A DNA stretch of 64,000 bases from an uncultured Candidatus Binatia bacterium (lineage in GTDB: Bacteria; Desulfobacterota; Binatia; Bin18), in the NCBI GenBank assembly GCA_965200965.1, contig OZ241744.1, positions 1,856,001-1,920,000 on the forward strand, written 5' to 3'. Position numbers and translations under genes: made by a program. The notes beneath the pieces were generated by a model. That model worked only from the letters and a program-made list of their open reading frames with translations, made no database searches and was not told the origin of the DNA. Positions within the stretch are counted from its first letter, which is position 1; each line of letters starts with the position of its first letter. Below, one piece after another: positions 39,336 through 49,516 of this stretch.

Positions 39336-40209
39336 GGGTGACGGCTCCTGGCTGGGGGCCCCAGGTCTGGGGCAACATCTCCATGCTCAGGTCAACGGCC
39401 GGAGCGGAATGGGTCAGTGCGCCGACCGAGATGAAATCCACCCCGGTCTGGGCGACCTCCCGCACCCGCTCCAGGCACATATTGCCCGAGGCTTCGGTCA
39501 GGGCCCGGCCCTGCACAAGCTGCACCGCGGCCCACATGTCTCGGGTCGTCATATTGTCCAGCAGCAGGATATCGGCCTTGGCTTCAAGCGCTTCGCCGAC
39601 CTGGTCAAGGCTGGCGCATTCGACCTCAATCCGCAGCAGGGCCGAGGCGTGGTGTCTGGCCCGGCGGACCGCGGCCCTCACCCCACCGCACACGCTGATG
39701 TGGTTGTCTTTAATCAACACCCCGTCGTCCAAGCCCATCCGGTGGTTTGTCCCCCCTCCCTGGGTCACAGCGTATTTGTCCAGCAGGCGAAATCCCGGCA
39801 GGGTCTTGCGCGTGTCAATGATCGTACACGAGGTACCGGCGACCGCCTCGACAAACCGCCGGGTCAGGGTAGCAACGCCGCACATATGCTGGAGGAAATT
39901 CAGCACTGTGCGCTCGGCAATCAATAGGCCGGCCGCCCTGCCCCACACCTCAGCTACCACATCGCCGGTGTGGACCGGCGTGCCTTCGTCAACGCGCAGG
40001 GCAACCGTGGCGGTGGGGTCAACCGCACGCAACACCCGCTCAATCAGGGGCAGACCGGCAACCGTGAGCGGCGCTTTGGCAGTGATTTTCCCTGCGGCCG
40101 CCCGGTCGGCCGGAAGAGTCGCCAGGGTGGTCACATCGCCCCGTCCGAGGTCTTCCTCAAGGGCGGTGGAGATCAGACGGGTGACAGCCGGATGATCAAA
40201 GGGGGTCAT
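39328..40209 (-). CDS. nadC: Nicotinate-nucleotide diphosphorylase (carboxylating)
   Basis: EDLGRGDVTT, ERTVLNFL, DTRKTLPG, HRMGL, KDNH, LLDNM, GALTHS. Confidence 0.97.
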   Translation of the reverse strand: MTPFDHPAVTRLISTALEEDLGRGDVTTLATLPADRAAAGKITAKAPLTVAGLPLIERVLRAVDPTATVALRVDEGTPVHTGDVVAEVWGRAAGLLIAERTVLNFLQHMCGVATLTRRFVEAVAGTSCTIIDTRKTLPGFRLLDKYAVTQGGGTNHRMGLDDGVLIKDNHISVCGGVRAAVRRARHHASALLRIEVECASLDQVGEALEAKADILLLDNMTTRDMWAAVQLVQGRALTEASGNMCLERVREVAQTGVDFISVGALTHSAPAVDLSMEMLPQTWGPQPGAVTHV

Positions 40210-43200
40210 GCGTGTTCTCCCAGCGCGTTCAGATTGGCATTCAGACTTGCCAGCTGCGACTCCATATCGGCCAGCCGGACGCGTTCTTTGGCCACTACCT
40301 CGGGCTTGGCACGGGAGACAAACTTCTCGTTGGCCAGTTTCTTGCGCGTGCCCTCAAGCGTAGCACTCAGTTTCCTGATCTGGCCGGCCAGCCGGGCGCG
40401 TTCTTTCTCAACATCAACCACCCCCGGCACATAGACCTCGACCTCGCCCAGCACCGCGCTTGCTGCATCAGGTGTTCGCTCAACATCTGGACCAATCTGG
40501 AGGGACTCGACACCCGCCAGGGAACGCAGGTGGGCCGCCCCGGCGCGGAGAATGCGGGCGGGCGCGGTGTCCGCCGCATTGACCTTGATCCGCACCGTAA
40601 GGGTTTGCCGGGGCGCAACCGTGTACTGGCTGCGAATATCACGGACGGCACGGACCGCCTCGCGCAAGAAGTCAAACTCGCCTTCCAAGCGTTCATCCCG
40701 CCAGTCCTGCCGGACGCGGGGCCACGCCGCCCGGGCCAGCAGGCGGGGCGGCGGCAGGGCCCGGTCAATCCCCCGGTGCAGCGTCTGTTCGTTCAGCCGC
40801 TGCCACAGAAACTCGGTCACAAACGGAATGAACGGGTGCAGCAGGCGCAGGACCTGATCGAGGGCAAAGGCCAGGACTTGGCGGGCCGTATCGGCCTCCC
40901 CGGCCCGGCGCAGGCGGAGTTTGATCATCTCGACATACCAGTCGCACAGCTCGGACCAGAAAAACTCGCGGGCGGCCGTAATGGCCGCGGCCGGATTATA
41001 CGCGCCAAGCTGGGCCTGCACCTCAGCAGTCACCTGCGACAGCCGTGACAGTATCCAGCGATCCTCAAGTGCCAGGTCTGCGCCACCCAGCGGCCGAAAC
41101 GCCGCCCCCTCCAGGTTGAGCAGCGCAAACCGGGTCGCATTCCACACCTTGTTACAAAAGTTGCGGCCGACCTCAAAACGCTCACTGAACAGTTTTGCCG
41201 CGGGGATGTCCGGCATCGTGCCCAGCACGTCAAACTCTTTGCCGGTCTCAGGACACAGATAGGTGAAGATCGTCCGGCCGTGTCTGGCCTTGGCCAAGTC
41301 GACCGGCTTGCCGGTATACGGCGACAGGGCTTGGACCGGCAGCCGGATGTCCTGCGAGCCGGTCTGCATTTCACACAGCACATAGCGCATGGCGTCGCAG
41401 CCGTAGCGGTCAATGATATCCACCGGGTCAATGCCGTTACCCTTGGATTTGCTCATCCGCTCACCCTTGCCGTCCAGAATCGTGGCGTGGATAAAAACGT
41501 CGGTAAACGGCACATCGCCCAGGTTGTACAGCCCCATGATGACCATCCGGGCCACCCACAGGGTGATGATATCGCGCCCGGTCACCAGGCAACTGCCAGG
41601 GTAGTAAAAAGACAGACAGTCGGCACCGCCGTCACGCTGACCCAAGGGGGTCTGACCGGGCTCGACCGCGGCGGTGTCCGGGTCGGGCCAGCCCAGTGTG
41701 CTGTGGGGCCACAGGCCGCTGGAAAACCAGGTGTCGAGCACATCGGGGTCGCGGGTAAAGCCGGCCGCTTCGAGTTCCTGGACCAGCGCTTCCTGGCCGG
41801 GCGGCTCGCGCAGACACACCAGCAGTTGGACCTGCTCGTCCTCGGCCCAGGGCCGGGCGGCTCCCGGCCGGACCAGCTCGCTCGCTCCGTCGGCGTACAG
41901 CAGGCGCGCGGCCAAGTCCGCGCGGCCAAGATAGGCTTCGAGCCAAGTCAGGCTGTCGGCCACAGTCCGGCCACTCAGGCGGGCCGTCCAGATTGGAATG
42001 CGGTGCCCCCACCACAACTGGCGGCTGATACACCAGTCGCGTTTTTCGGCCAGCCAAGTGAGGTAGGTAGTACGATAACGCGCATCTGGATGAAACGAGA
42101 CCCGCCGTCCGGACGGCGAGCGCCATGTTGCAGGTGAGACCTGGGCCGCGTCAATTGCGGCTTGGGCCAGCCCCGGGGCGGTGAAGGCTTTGTCTGTGCC
42201 GCGTCCGCACACCACCCCGCCCTCAATATCGCCCGTGCGGACAAACCACTGCTCAGACAGATAGGGCTCAATCGGGGTCTTGGACCGGTCGGAATGGCCG
42301 ATTTCGGTTGCGCGGTCTTCAACCCGCTCCAACAAGCCCTGCGCTTCCAGGTCGGCAACAATTCTGTCGCGGGCGGCAAAGCGGTCAAGCCCCTGATAGG
42401 GACCGGTCTTGTCATTCAGCGAGCCGTCCGGATTCAAAATGTTTATCAGACCAATCGTCTCGCTATGGCGCGTCCACACCTCATAGTCGTTCGGGTCGTG
42501 GGCGGGGGTAATTTTGACACAACCACTGCCCAACTCGGGTTTTGCCCATTCGTCGCACAGGAGCGGAATCGGACGGTCAAGGAGCGGCAGACAGACCATG
42601 CGACCCGCCTCGGCCATGACGGTCAGCCGCTCCAGCAGCGGAAGATGGATCTGGCGGTGATGAACGAGCCGGGCCAACTCGGTTTCGAGTTCGGCCCGCT
42701 CCTTGTGACCAGCCGCGGCTAAGCGGGCCTGTGTCCTGGCGATGTGTCGGTCAAGCGCGCCGCGCGGGTCGGGGTGACACGCCACTGCGGTATCGCCCAG
42801 CATGGTTTCGGGGCGGGTGGTGGCCACCACAAGGTGCTCCGGCTCGCCCGGCCGGGGGTCAATGATCGAATAGCGCAAGTGCCAGAAGTGGCCCTGGACG
42901 GTCTCATACACAATCTCATCATCGGCCACCGCGGTCTGGAGATGGCAGTCCCAGTTGACCAGGCGCGTGCCCCGAAAAATCAGGCCGTCCTGAAACAGCC
43001 GAAAAAAGGTCCAGGACACGGCCCGGGCGCAAACCGGGTCCATGGTAAACCGCTGCCGGTCCCAGTCACACGAGCAGCCCATAGCCTGCTGCTGGGCCAC
43101 AATGCGGGCCTGGTACTGCTCTTTCCAGTCCCAGATTCTTGCCACCAGAGCCTCTCGGCCGATATCGTGGCGGGTTTTTCCTTCCAGCTCCAACAGCCGC

Positions 43201-43487
43201 TTCTCGACCACCGCCTGGGTGGCAATGCCGGCATGATCGGTCCCCGCCATCCACAGCGTGTTGTCGGCCATCATGCGGTGCCAGCGGGTCAGTAGGTCCT
43301 GCATGACATTATCCATGGCATGGCCCATGTGCAGCGCGCCGGTCACATTGGGCAGCGGCATCATGATCGCATAGCGGTGCGGGTTGTCGTCGGGGGTGGC
43401 GGCAAAGGCTTTGGCTTCGGCCCACTGCCGGGATATCTGCCGCTCAAGGCCGGACGGATCGTATTGGGGCGCAAGTTCCTGGGGCAT
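40206..43487 (-). CDS. valS: Valine-tRNA ligase (long form with insertions)
   Basis: PNVTGALHMGHA, DHAGIATQ, ATTRPET, DWCISRQLWWGHRIP, DVLDTWFSS, RMSKSKGN, C-terminal coiled coil. Confidence 0.96.
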   Translation of the reverse strand: MPQELAPQYDPSGLERQISRQWAEAKAFAATPDDNPHRYAIMMPLPNVTGALHMGHAMDNVMQDLLTRWHRMMADNTLWMAGTDHAGIATQAVVEKRLLELEGKTRHDIGREALVARIWDWKEQYQARIVAQQQAMGCSCDWDRQRFTMDPVCARAVSWTFFRLFQDGLIFRGTRLVNWDCHLQTAVADDEIVYETVQGHFWHLRYSIIDPRPGEPEHLVVATTRPETMLGDTAVACHPDPRGALDRHIARTQARLAAAGHKERAELETELARLVHHRQIHLPLLERLTVMAEAGRMVCLPLLDRPIPLLCDEWAKPELGSGCVKITPAHDPNDYEVWTRHSETIGLINILNPDGSLNDKTGPYQGLDRFAARDRIVADLEAQGLLERVEDRATEIGHSDRSKTPIEPYLSEQWFVRTGDIEGGVVCGRGTDKAFTAPGLAQAAIDAAQVSPATWRSPSGRRVSFHPDARYRTTYLTWLAEKRDWCISRQLWWGHRIPIWTARLSGRTVADSLTWLEAYLGRADLAARLLYADGASELVRPGAARPWAEDEQVQLLVCLREPPGQEALVQELEAAGFTRDPDVLDTWFSSGLWPHSTLGWPDPDTAAVEPGQTPLGQRDGGADCLSFYYPGSCLVTGRDIITLWVARMVIMGLYNLGDVPFTDVFIHATILDGKGERMSKSKGNGIDPVDIIDRYGCDAMRYVLCEMQTGSQDIRLPVQALSPYTGKPVDLAKARHGRTIFTYLCPETGKEFDVLGTMPDIPAAKLFSERFEVGRNFCNKVWNATRFALLNLEGAAFRPLGGADLALEDRWILSRLSQVTAEVQAQLGAYNPAAAITAAREFFWSELCDWYVEMIKLRLRRAGEADTARQVLAFALDQVLRLLHPFIPFVTEFLWQRLNEQTLHRGIDRALPPPRLLARAAWPRVRQDWRDERLEGEFDFLREAVRAVRDIRSQYTVAPRQTLTVRIKVNAADTAPARILRAGAAHLRSLAGVESLQIGPDVERTPDAASAVLGEVEVYVPGVVDVEKERARLAGQIRKLSATLEGTRKKLANEKFVSRAKPEVVAKERVRLADMESQLASLNANLNALGEHA

Positions 43488-43515
43488 GGTGGAGCCTCCT
43501 CGGGGAAGCATACAC

Positions 43516-43550
43516 AAAAAAAGGGCCTGTCTCGATACGAGAGTGGCCCC
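43516..43550 (-). terminator. Intrinsic terminator between tRNA-Leu and valS
   Basis: Minus strand GGGCC-ACTCTCG-TAT-CGAGAC-AGGCCC-TTTTTTT. Confidence 0.65.
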
Positions 43551-43558
43551 ATATAATA

Positions 43559-43642
43559 TGCGAAAGGGGGGACTTGAACCCCCACGGGTTTTACCCCACA
43601 GGATCCTGAATCCTGCGCGTCTACCAGTTCCGCCACTTTCGC
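43559..43642 (-). tRNA. tRNA-Leu (anticodon CAG), CCA not encoded
   Basis: GCGAAAG/CTTTCGC acceptor stem, CAGGA-TTCAGGA-TCCTG anticodon arm, long variable arm, GGTTCAAGTCC. Confidence 0.96.
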
Positions 43643-43822
43643 CCGGTAGCAGGATGTCTTAGCCGACAGCACTTCTGTGTGTCAATCCCACAGGGCGTCA
43701 CCCGCAAAGGTTGAAGCCAGCCCTCTTTCCCTGCAGAGTGGCAGGACCCAGCCCGAACCCTGCTGATATACAGAGAATAGGCTGAGCGTGAGAGACGCTA
43801 AGTAGGCCGGACAGATACTCCT

Positions 43823-44486
43823 GTGATGACCCGTCTCCGCAGGTGCGTTCAGATATGCGCTTTGGTGAGCGTCCCACTGCTGCTTGGTGCATTTCTGGTG
43901 AGCTGCCACATGTATAGAGACTGGACTCTGAGCCTAACCTCGGAAGATCGTCTGATTGAACAGTCAACAGCGATCTGTCTATTCATCGTCAGCATTGTGG
44001 CCTTTGTCTTCGCCCGACATATTCGGCAACGCAGCCGGACTCATTATCTATTTTTCCTGGCCTTTGGCGCAGCATTTGCCTTGTTTGGACTTGAGGAAAT
44101 CAGCTGGGGACAGCGAATTATGGACATTGATACACCAGAGTTCTTTCTACGCAACAGCGATCAGTCAGAAATCAATATCCATAACGTTCTACAGCAACAG
44201 TCCGGTGTTCCAACAAGACATGTGGCCACCTGGTGTCTGTTGGTGTACGGCGTGTGTTTGCCGCTGATCGCATTCATAAGGCGGGGGAGGGGGGGAGGAG
44301 GTCTTCACCCGCCCATGTTTCGTGCCTCCTGTCATCCTCGTTGGTGATTTTCTGATTGCGTGCTGTTTCCTGTATTTCGATAGACCCGCCGGGCGAGGCG
44401 AGGAACTCGGCGAGTTCTTCGCCAGCCTGTGTTTCCTGTTCTTTCTCGTCGTGGAATGGCTCAAACACAAGGAGTCTCAGCCATAA
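43823..44486 (+). pseudogene. Multi-pass membrane protein (EEISWGQR/NIHN family) frameshifted at a G-tract
   Basis: EEISWGQRI..EINIHN; hydrophobic C-terminus (..GEELGEFFASL..) continues in another frame after G5-A-G7 at 44283-44295. Confidence 0.65.
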
Positions 44487-44499
44487 TTCTGCGTAGCAA

Positions 44500-45651
44500 T
44501 TAAGCGCGCACCCCGATCGCGCCGCTGCTGCGCAGCCGCTCCAGATCCGCAGTCTCAAAACCCCAGTCGATCAAGGCTTCTTCGGTATGCTCGCCAGGGC
44601 TGGCCGGCGGCCGCTGTATGACGCTCGGCGTACGGCTGAAACGGGGTGCCGGGGCGGGTTGCGGCACCCCGTCAATCTCCACAAATGTCTCTCGCGCCCT
44701 GTTATGCGGATGCTGCGGGGCTTCTTCCATGCTCAGCACGGGCGCATAACACACATCGCTGCCCTCCAGGAGTTGGTCCCACTCGTCCCGCGTCTTACTC
44801 TTGAAGATGGCCGCCAAGCGGTCTTTGAAGGCCGGCCAGGCGGTCTGATCGTTCTGGCGCGGCAACTCCTGGTCCTCCAGGCCGGTCAACCGCAGGAGCT
44901 CGGCGTAAAACTTGGGCTCAATCGACCCGATACCGATGTATTTGCTGTCACTGGTCTCGTACACATTGTAGTAGTGTGCCCCGGTGTCGAGGATGTTATC
45001 CCCCCGCTCATCGGTCCAGCGGCCGGCCGCCCGAAGCCCGAAGATCGCCGTCATCAACGACGCCGCGCCGTCGATCATGGCCACGTCAATGACTTGGCCT
45101 TTGCCCGACTTGTGGGCTTCCAGCAGCGCCCCGACCACGCCAAGGGCCAGATATACCCCGCCCCCGCCAAAGTCGCCAACCAAGTTCAGCGGGGGAAGCG
45201 GTGCTTCGCCCTTGCGGCCAATTGAGTGCAGGGCACCGACCAGAGAGATGTAGTTGATATCGTGGCCCACCGCGGACGCCAGCGGCCCGTCCTGACCCCA
45301 GCCGGTCATGCGTCCATAGACGAGATGCTCGTTGCGGGTCATACACACATCCGGTCCAAGCCCCAAGCGTTCCATCACCCCGGGCCGGAAGCCTTCGATC
45401 AGCGCGTGCGCCTGTTCAATCAGCCTGAGGGCGACCTCGGTGCCGGCCTGTTTTTTCAGATCGAGCGCCACCGAGCGGCGGCCGCGGCCGAGCAGATTAA
45501 ACTTCGCGTCGGTCGGGATTCCCAGGCTGGCCTCCTCAGCCCGGTCAATCCGCAGGACCTCAGCACCCATATCTGAGAGCAACATCGCGCACATCGGAGC
45601 AGGACCGATGCCCGCAAACTCAACGACCTTATACCCGGATAAAACGCCCAT
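44500..45651 (-). CDS. Alpha-methylacyl-CoA racemase-like CaiB/BaiF protein
   Basis: FAGIGPAP, EGFRPGVMERLGLGP, GHDINY, PPLNLVGDFGGG, PAPAPRFSRT. Confidence 0.92.
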   Translation of the reverse strand: MGVLSGYKVVEFAGIGPAPMCAMLLSDMGAEVLRIDRAEEASLGIPTDAKFNLLGRGRRSVALDLKKQAGTEVALRLIEQAHALIEGFRPGVMERLGLGPDVCMTRNEHLVYGRMTGWGQDGPLASAVGHDINYISLVGALHSIGRKGEAPLPPLNLVGDFGGGGVYLALGVVGALLEAHKSGKGQVIDVAMIDGAASLMTAIFGLRAAGRWTDERGDNILDTGAHYYNVYETSDSKYIGIGSIEPKFYAELLRLTGLEDQELPRQNDQTAWPAFKDRLAAIFKSKTRDEWDQLLEGSDVCYAPVLSMEEAPQHPHNRARETFVEIDGVPQPAPAPRFSRTPSVIQRPPASPGEHTEEALIDWGFETADLERLRSSGAIGVRA

Positions 45652-45830
45652 ACTTCTCCCTTCTGCGTCGCAGCCAGCTGGAGCGACGACCTGAAAGACT
45701 ATGCTCCTGTGTCGAGCATATGCAAACCCATCCTAAACCCAAGCCGGCCTGAGGGAAAGTGGCCCGGCCGGTCTGGGTGCTGTCAGCCCCAGGGGAATTG
45801 GGCAAGAGAGTTGGCTATGATGGGGGAGTC

Positions 45831-46562
45831 ATGCAGTACAGAGGCGTTCTCGAATACGACGGCACCAACTATCACGGCTGGCAGCTCCAGGCTAACGCGG
45901 CGACCCTCCAGGGCACACTCGAAGCCGTGTTGGCCCGCCTGTGCAACGAGCCTGTACGCGTTCGGGCGGCCGGCCGAACCGATACCGGCGTACATGCTCT
46001 CGGCCAAGTTGTGGCCTTTCGCACCAGCCGGGCACGCGATCCCCGCCGGCTCCAACACGGCCTGAATGCCCTGCTGCCGGCGGACATGGCCGTGAGGCGG
46101 CTTGAGAGCGCGAGCGAGCCCTTCAACCCCCGCCGCGACGCGCGCAGCCGCAGCTATCGCTACCAGATATGGAATCGGCCCAGCCGCTCGGCCGTGTGGG
46201 CCCGCTATAGCTGGCATGTACCGTTTCCGCTCGACGCTGCCACCATGAATCGGGCGGCCGGCCTGCTGGTTGGCCGACACGACTTCTCGTCTTTTCAGGG
46301 CGCGGACTCAGTTGAGCGAGACCCGGTGCGGACCGTGCTGCGCAGTGCGCTAGGACAAGCCGATACGGCCCTGGTGTACGAGGTTGAGGCGCGCTCTTTT
46401 GTCCGTCACATGGTCCGCAATATCGTTGGCACGCTGTACGATGTCGGACGCGGCCGCCTCAGCGTTGAGGACTTCGCCCGCGTACTCGCCGCCCGGGATC
46501 GGACCCGGGCCGGTCGAACCGCGCCGCCTCAAGGACTGTTTTTGCTCAAGGTGACATATTGA
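45831..46562 (+). CDS. truA: tRNA pseudouridine(38-40) synthase
   Basis: EYDGTNYHGWQ, AGRTDTGVHALGQV, GRHDFSSF, MVRNIVGTL, TAPPQGLFL. Confidence 0.96.
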   Translation: MQYRGVLEYDGTNYHGWQLQANAATLQGTLEAVLARLCNEPVRVRAAGRTDTGVHALGQVVAFRTSRARDPRRLQHGLNALLPADMAVRRLESASEPFNPRRDARSRSYRYQIWNRPSRSAVWARYSWHVPFPLDAATMNRAAGLLVGRHDFSSFQGADSVERDPVRTVLRSALGQADTALVYEVEARSFVRHMVRNIVGTLYDVGRGRLSVEDFARVLAARDRTRAGRTAPPQGLFLLKVTY

Positions 46563-46625
46563 CACTGATGCTGGCCTGGCGGGATAATCGCCCCGGGGCT
46601 GCCAAGTCCCGGAAAGAGCGCGTCT

Positions 46626-46946
46626 ATGGATACTCTCAAACATGTACCGGCCCAGTTCACGTTTGCGGCCGAGAAGATGAAGAAGGTCAACCTGTTTACC
46701 ACCGAGCGGATGTTCTGCGACGTGTATTGTTTTGAACCCGGCCAAGCCCAGACCCCGCATACCCACACCGGCTCGGACAAGGTCTATTATGTGCTTGAAG
46801 GCAACGGCCGGGTTCAGGTTGGCGCGGAAACCAAAGATGTCGGCCCGGGCGATATCACCCTGGCCCCGTCCGGGTCTGAGCACGGCTTCCGCAACCCGGG
46901 GCCGGGTCGGCTGACCGTCCTGGTCTTCATGGCTCCAAAACCCTAG
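46626..46946 (+). CDS. Cupin domain protein
   Basis: PGQAQTPHTH..DKVYYVLEG, HGFRN. Confidence 0.88.
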   Translation: MDTLKHVPAQFTFAAEKMKKVNLFTTERMFCDVYCFEPGQAQTPHTHTGSDKVYYVLEGNGRVQVGAETKDVGPGDITLAPSGSEHGFRNPGPGRLTVLVFMAPKP

Positions 46947-47004
46947 GGCAGGGCGGACGCCGACAACCGTGTGGATAAGACATCGGCGGCCGCGGCAACA
47001 CACT

Positions 47005-47637
47005 ATGGCACAAGACAAACACGCCATCTATGAACGCGCCCAACTCGGCCATCCCCTCGGCTACGGCAAAAAACCGGCGCTGCTTGTGGTTGATTTTCAG
47101 TTGGGTTTTACCGCCCCGGAGCAATCGCCGCTGGCCGGCAACCTTGACGCCGAACTCGCGGCCACAAACCGGCTCATCGCGGCCGCCCGAAAAAAAGACG
47201 TGCCGATCATCTTCACCCTTGTCGGCTACGACCCCCACCGGCAGGACGACGCCGGTCTGTGGCCACACAAGGTGCCGTCCCTGCGTTTGCTGACCCTGGG
47301 CGGCAAACTGGTGGAACTTGACCCGCGCCTTGACCGTCAGGACCACGACTTGGTCATCGTCAAAAAGTATGCCTCGGGCTTCTTTGGCACCTGTCTGGCC
47401 TCAACCCTCACCATGAAAGCCGTCGATACCCTGATTGTCGCCGGCTGCACGACAAGCGGCTGTGTCCGGGCAACCGTGATGGATGCCCTGGCGCACGGCT
47501 TTCGCCCAATCGTCCCTGTCGAAGCCGTGGGCGACCGCGCCCAAGAGCCGCACGACGCCAACGTGTTTGACATTGGGGCCAAATACGGCGATGTGGTCCA
47601 CACCGGCGAGGTGATTGACTACCTGGAGCAGATGTAG
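47005..47637 (+). CDS. Isochorismatase-family cysteine hydrolase (N-carbamoylsarcosine/maleamate amidase-like)
   Basis: ALLVVDFQLGF, KKYASGFFGT, GCTTSGCVRAT..DA, KYGDV. Confidence 0.9.
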   Translation: MAQDKHAIYERAQLGHPLGYGKKPALLVVDFQLGFTAPEQSPLAGNLDAELAATNRLIAAARKKDVPIIFTLVGYDPHRQDDAGLWPHKVPSLRLLTLGGKLVELDPRLDRQDHDLVIVKKYASGFFGTCLASTLTMKAVDTLIVAGCTTSGCVRATVMDALAHGFRPIVPVEAVGDRAQEPHDANVFDIGAKYGDVVHTGEVIDYLEQM

Positions 47638-47769
47638 AGCGCGCTTGCCTCGGCTCTGGCCTTTTGCCTTGAGAAGCGGGAGCCCGGCCCGCCGGGGTCT
47701 TTTCTTCCTCCACCGGCTGGGATACAAGGAGCGGCGACCTGCACACCCGAGCAAGAAGGAGACCGAACT

Positions 47770-48369
47770 ATGCGGAGTGCCGCCTGGACCATCGCTTTTA
47801 TCAGTGTTTTGCTCATCGCCTTTCCAGTCTGTTCTGAGGCCGAACCGCCAAGCGGCCCGGTTGTTGTCCTGTCCACCTCAATGGGTGATATCAGGATCGG
47901 CCTGTACGAGAAGGAGGCACCCGAAACGGTCAGAAACTTTCTGGGCTATGTCAACGACGGCTTTTACAACGGCACGATTTTTCACCGGGTGATTGCCGGC
48001 TTCATGATCCAGGCCGGCGGCTTTACCCAAGATATGCAGCAAAAAGAGACAAAGCCGGCGGTCAGCAACGAGGCCGACAACGGGCTCAGAAACGAAAAAG
48101 GAACGGTCGCTATGGCGCGCACCAACGCCATCCATTCGGCCACCTCCCAGTTTTTCATCAACGTCGCAGATAACGCCTTTCTGGACCACCAGGGTCAATC
48201 CAACTTTGGCTATTGCGTGTTCGGCAGGGTGATTGAGGGCCTTGAGGTGGTCGAAAAGATCAAAGGCGTACGGACCGGCCGCCGCGGCATGTACGACGAT
48301 GTGCCCCTCAAGCCGGTGGTGATCCAATCGGCAAGCGTCGAGTCAAGCGCCGGGCCGGCCGACGGCTAG
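47770..48369 (+). CDS. ppiA: Cyclophilin-type peptidyl-prolyl isomerase, exported
   Basis: Signal peptide; [37 protein letters not shown]. Confidence 0.92.
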   Translation: MRSAAWTIAFISVLLIAFPVCSEAEPPSGPVVVLSTSMGDIRIGLYEKEAPETVRNFLGYVNDGFYNGTIFHRVIAGFMIQAGGFTQDMQQKETKPAVSNEADNGLRNEKGTVAMARTNAIHSATSQFFINVADNAFLDHQGQSNFGYCVFGRVIEGLEVVEKIKGVRTGRRGMYDDVPLKPVVIQSASVESSAGPADG

Positions 48370-48388
48370 CCAGACACAAGGAGGATGT

Positions 48389-48883
48389 GTGGTACTACTA
48401 TCAACCTCAATGGGCGATATCACAATCGAGTTGTACGAAAAAGAAGCCCCCCAGACCGTCAGCAACTTCCTGAGTTATGTTAACGAGGGGTTCTTTGACG
48501 GCACGATTTTTCACCGGGTGATTGCCGGCTTCATGATCCAGGCCGGTGGCTTTACCCCGGATATGCAGCAGAAGAGCACCAAACCGGCGATCAAGAACGA
48601 GGCCGCCAACGGGGTGAAAAACGAACCGGGCACAATCGCCATGGCCCGCACCAATGCGGTCGATTCGGCCACCTCGCAGTTCTTTATCAACGTCAAGGAC
48701 AACACATTTCTGGACCACCAGGGCCAAGCCAACTTTGGCTATTGCGTGTTTGGCAAGGTTGTTGAGGGCTTCAATGTAGTGCATCAGATTGAGGCGGTGG
48801 CCACCGGCCGCAACGGCCCGCACGACGACGTACCCCTCACCCCGGTCGTGATTCACGCGGCCAAAGAGCTTGCGTCCGAATAA
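48389..48883 (+). CDS. ppiB: Cyclophilin-type peptidyl-prolyl isomerase, cytoplasmic
   Basis: Same motifs, no signal peptide; AAGGAGG RBS, GTG start. Confidence 0.92.
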   Translation: MVLLSTSMGDITIELYEKEAPQTVSNFLSYVNEGFFDGTIFHRVIAGFMIQAGGFTPDMQQKSTKPAIKNEAANGVKNEPGTIAMARTNAVDSATSQFFINVKDNTFLDHQGQANFGYCVFGKVVEGFNVVHQIEAVATGRNGPHDDVPLTPVVIHAAKELASE

Positions 48884-48904
48884 CCCCCCCCCAGGAGAAA
48901 GACC

Positions 48905-49372
48905 ATGCGACACCTAGCGGCCCGCGCAGTTCTTGTCGGCAGCATCATCGCCCTCAGCGCACTCTTGGTCCCGCCGGCCTCGGCCGAGTTTTCGGCGGAG
49001 TTGGAAGAAGCCCTCACAACCAGCAAGTACGCCTACATTGCCAGCGAACGGAAGAGCGGTGCCTTGGGCCGTCCGGCCGAGATCTGGTACATGTATCATG
49101 ATGGAGCGGTGTATGTCGGCACGCCCAAGACGGCCTATCGGGCCAGACGGATAGCGGCCGGCCGCACAAAAGCCCGGGTCGCACTCGGGACGCCCGCCGG
49201 CCCGGCCTTTGATGCGACCGGCTCAATCGTCAAGAATGACACGCTGATCGGGCTCTTGTTTGCACACTTGGCGCGGAAATATCCCTCTGACTGGAAATCG
49301 TATGAAAACGGCTTCCGGTCGGGCTTTCAGGACGGCTCCCGCGTGCTCATCAAGTACACGCCGGCCGACTAG
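48905..49372 (+). CDS. Exported pyridoxamine 5'-phosphate oxidase-like split-barrel protein
   Basis: Signal peptide; RKSG..EIWY..DGAVYV..RARRI, KYP pattern. Confidence 0.6.
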   Translation: MRHLAARAVLVGSIIALSALLVPPASAEFSAELEEALTTSKYAYIASERKSGALGRPAEIWYMYHDGAVYVGTPKTAYRARRIAAGRTKARVALGTPAGPAFDATGSIVKNDTLIGLLFAHLARKYPSDWKSYENGFRSGFQDGSRVLIKYTPAD

Positions 49373-49516
49373 AAAGCCGAAGCCGGCCACAGCCTGGGCG
49401 GGCTCGGCCCTTTTTTTGGCCGCTTCAGCGCCTCCGGGGAGCGCGGCCTCGCCGTCCGGGGGCCGAACGTTTCAAGACCGCCGGGGAATGCGCCGTACAC
49501 CTGGAGAGGATCGACT

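Noticed and set aside
43488-43558. T-box riboswitch upstream of valS
   Set aside because: The region is too short and no T-box consensus is visible; only a terminator after the tRNA
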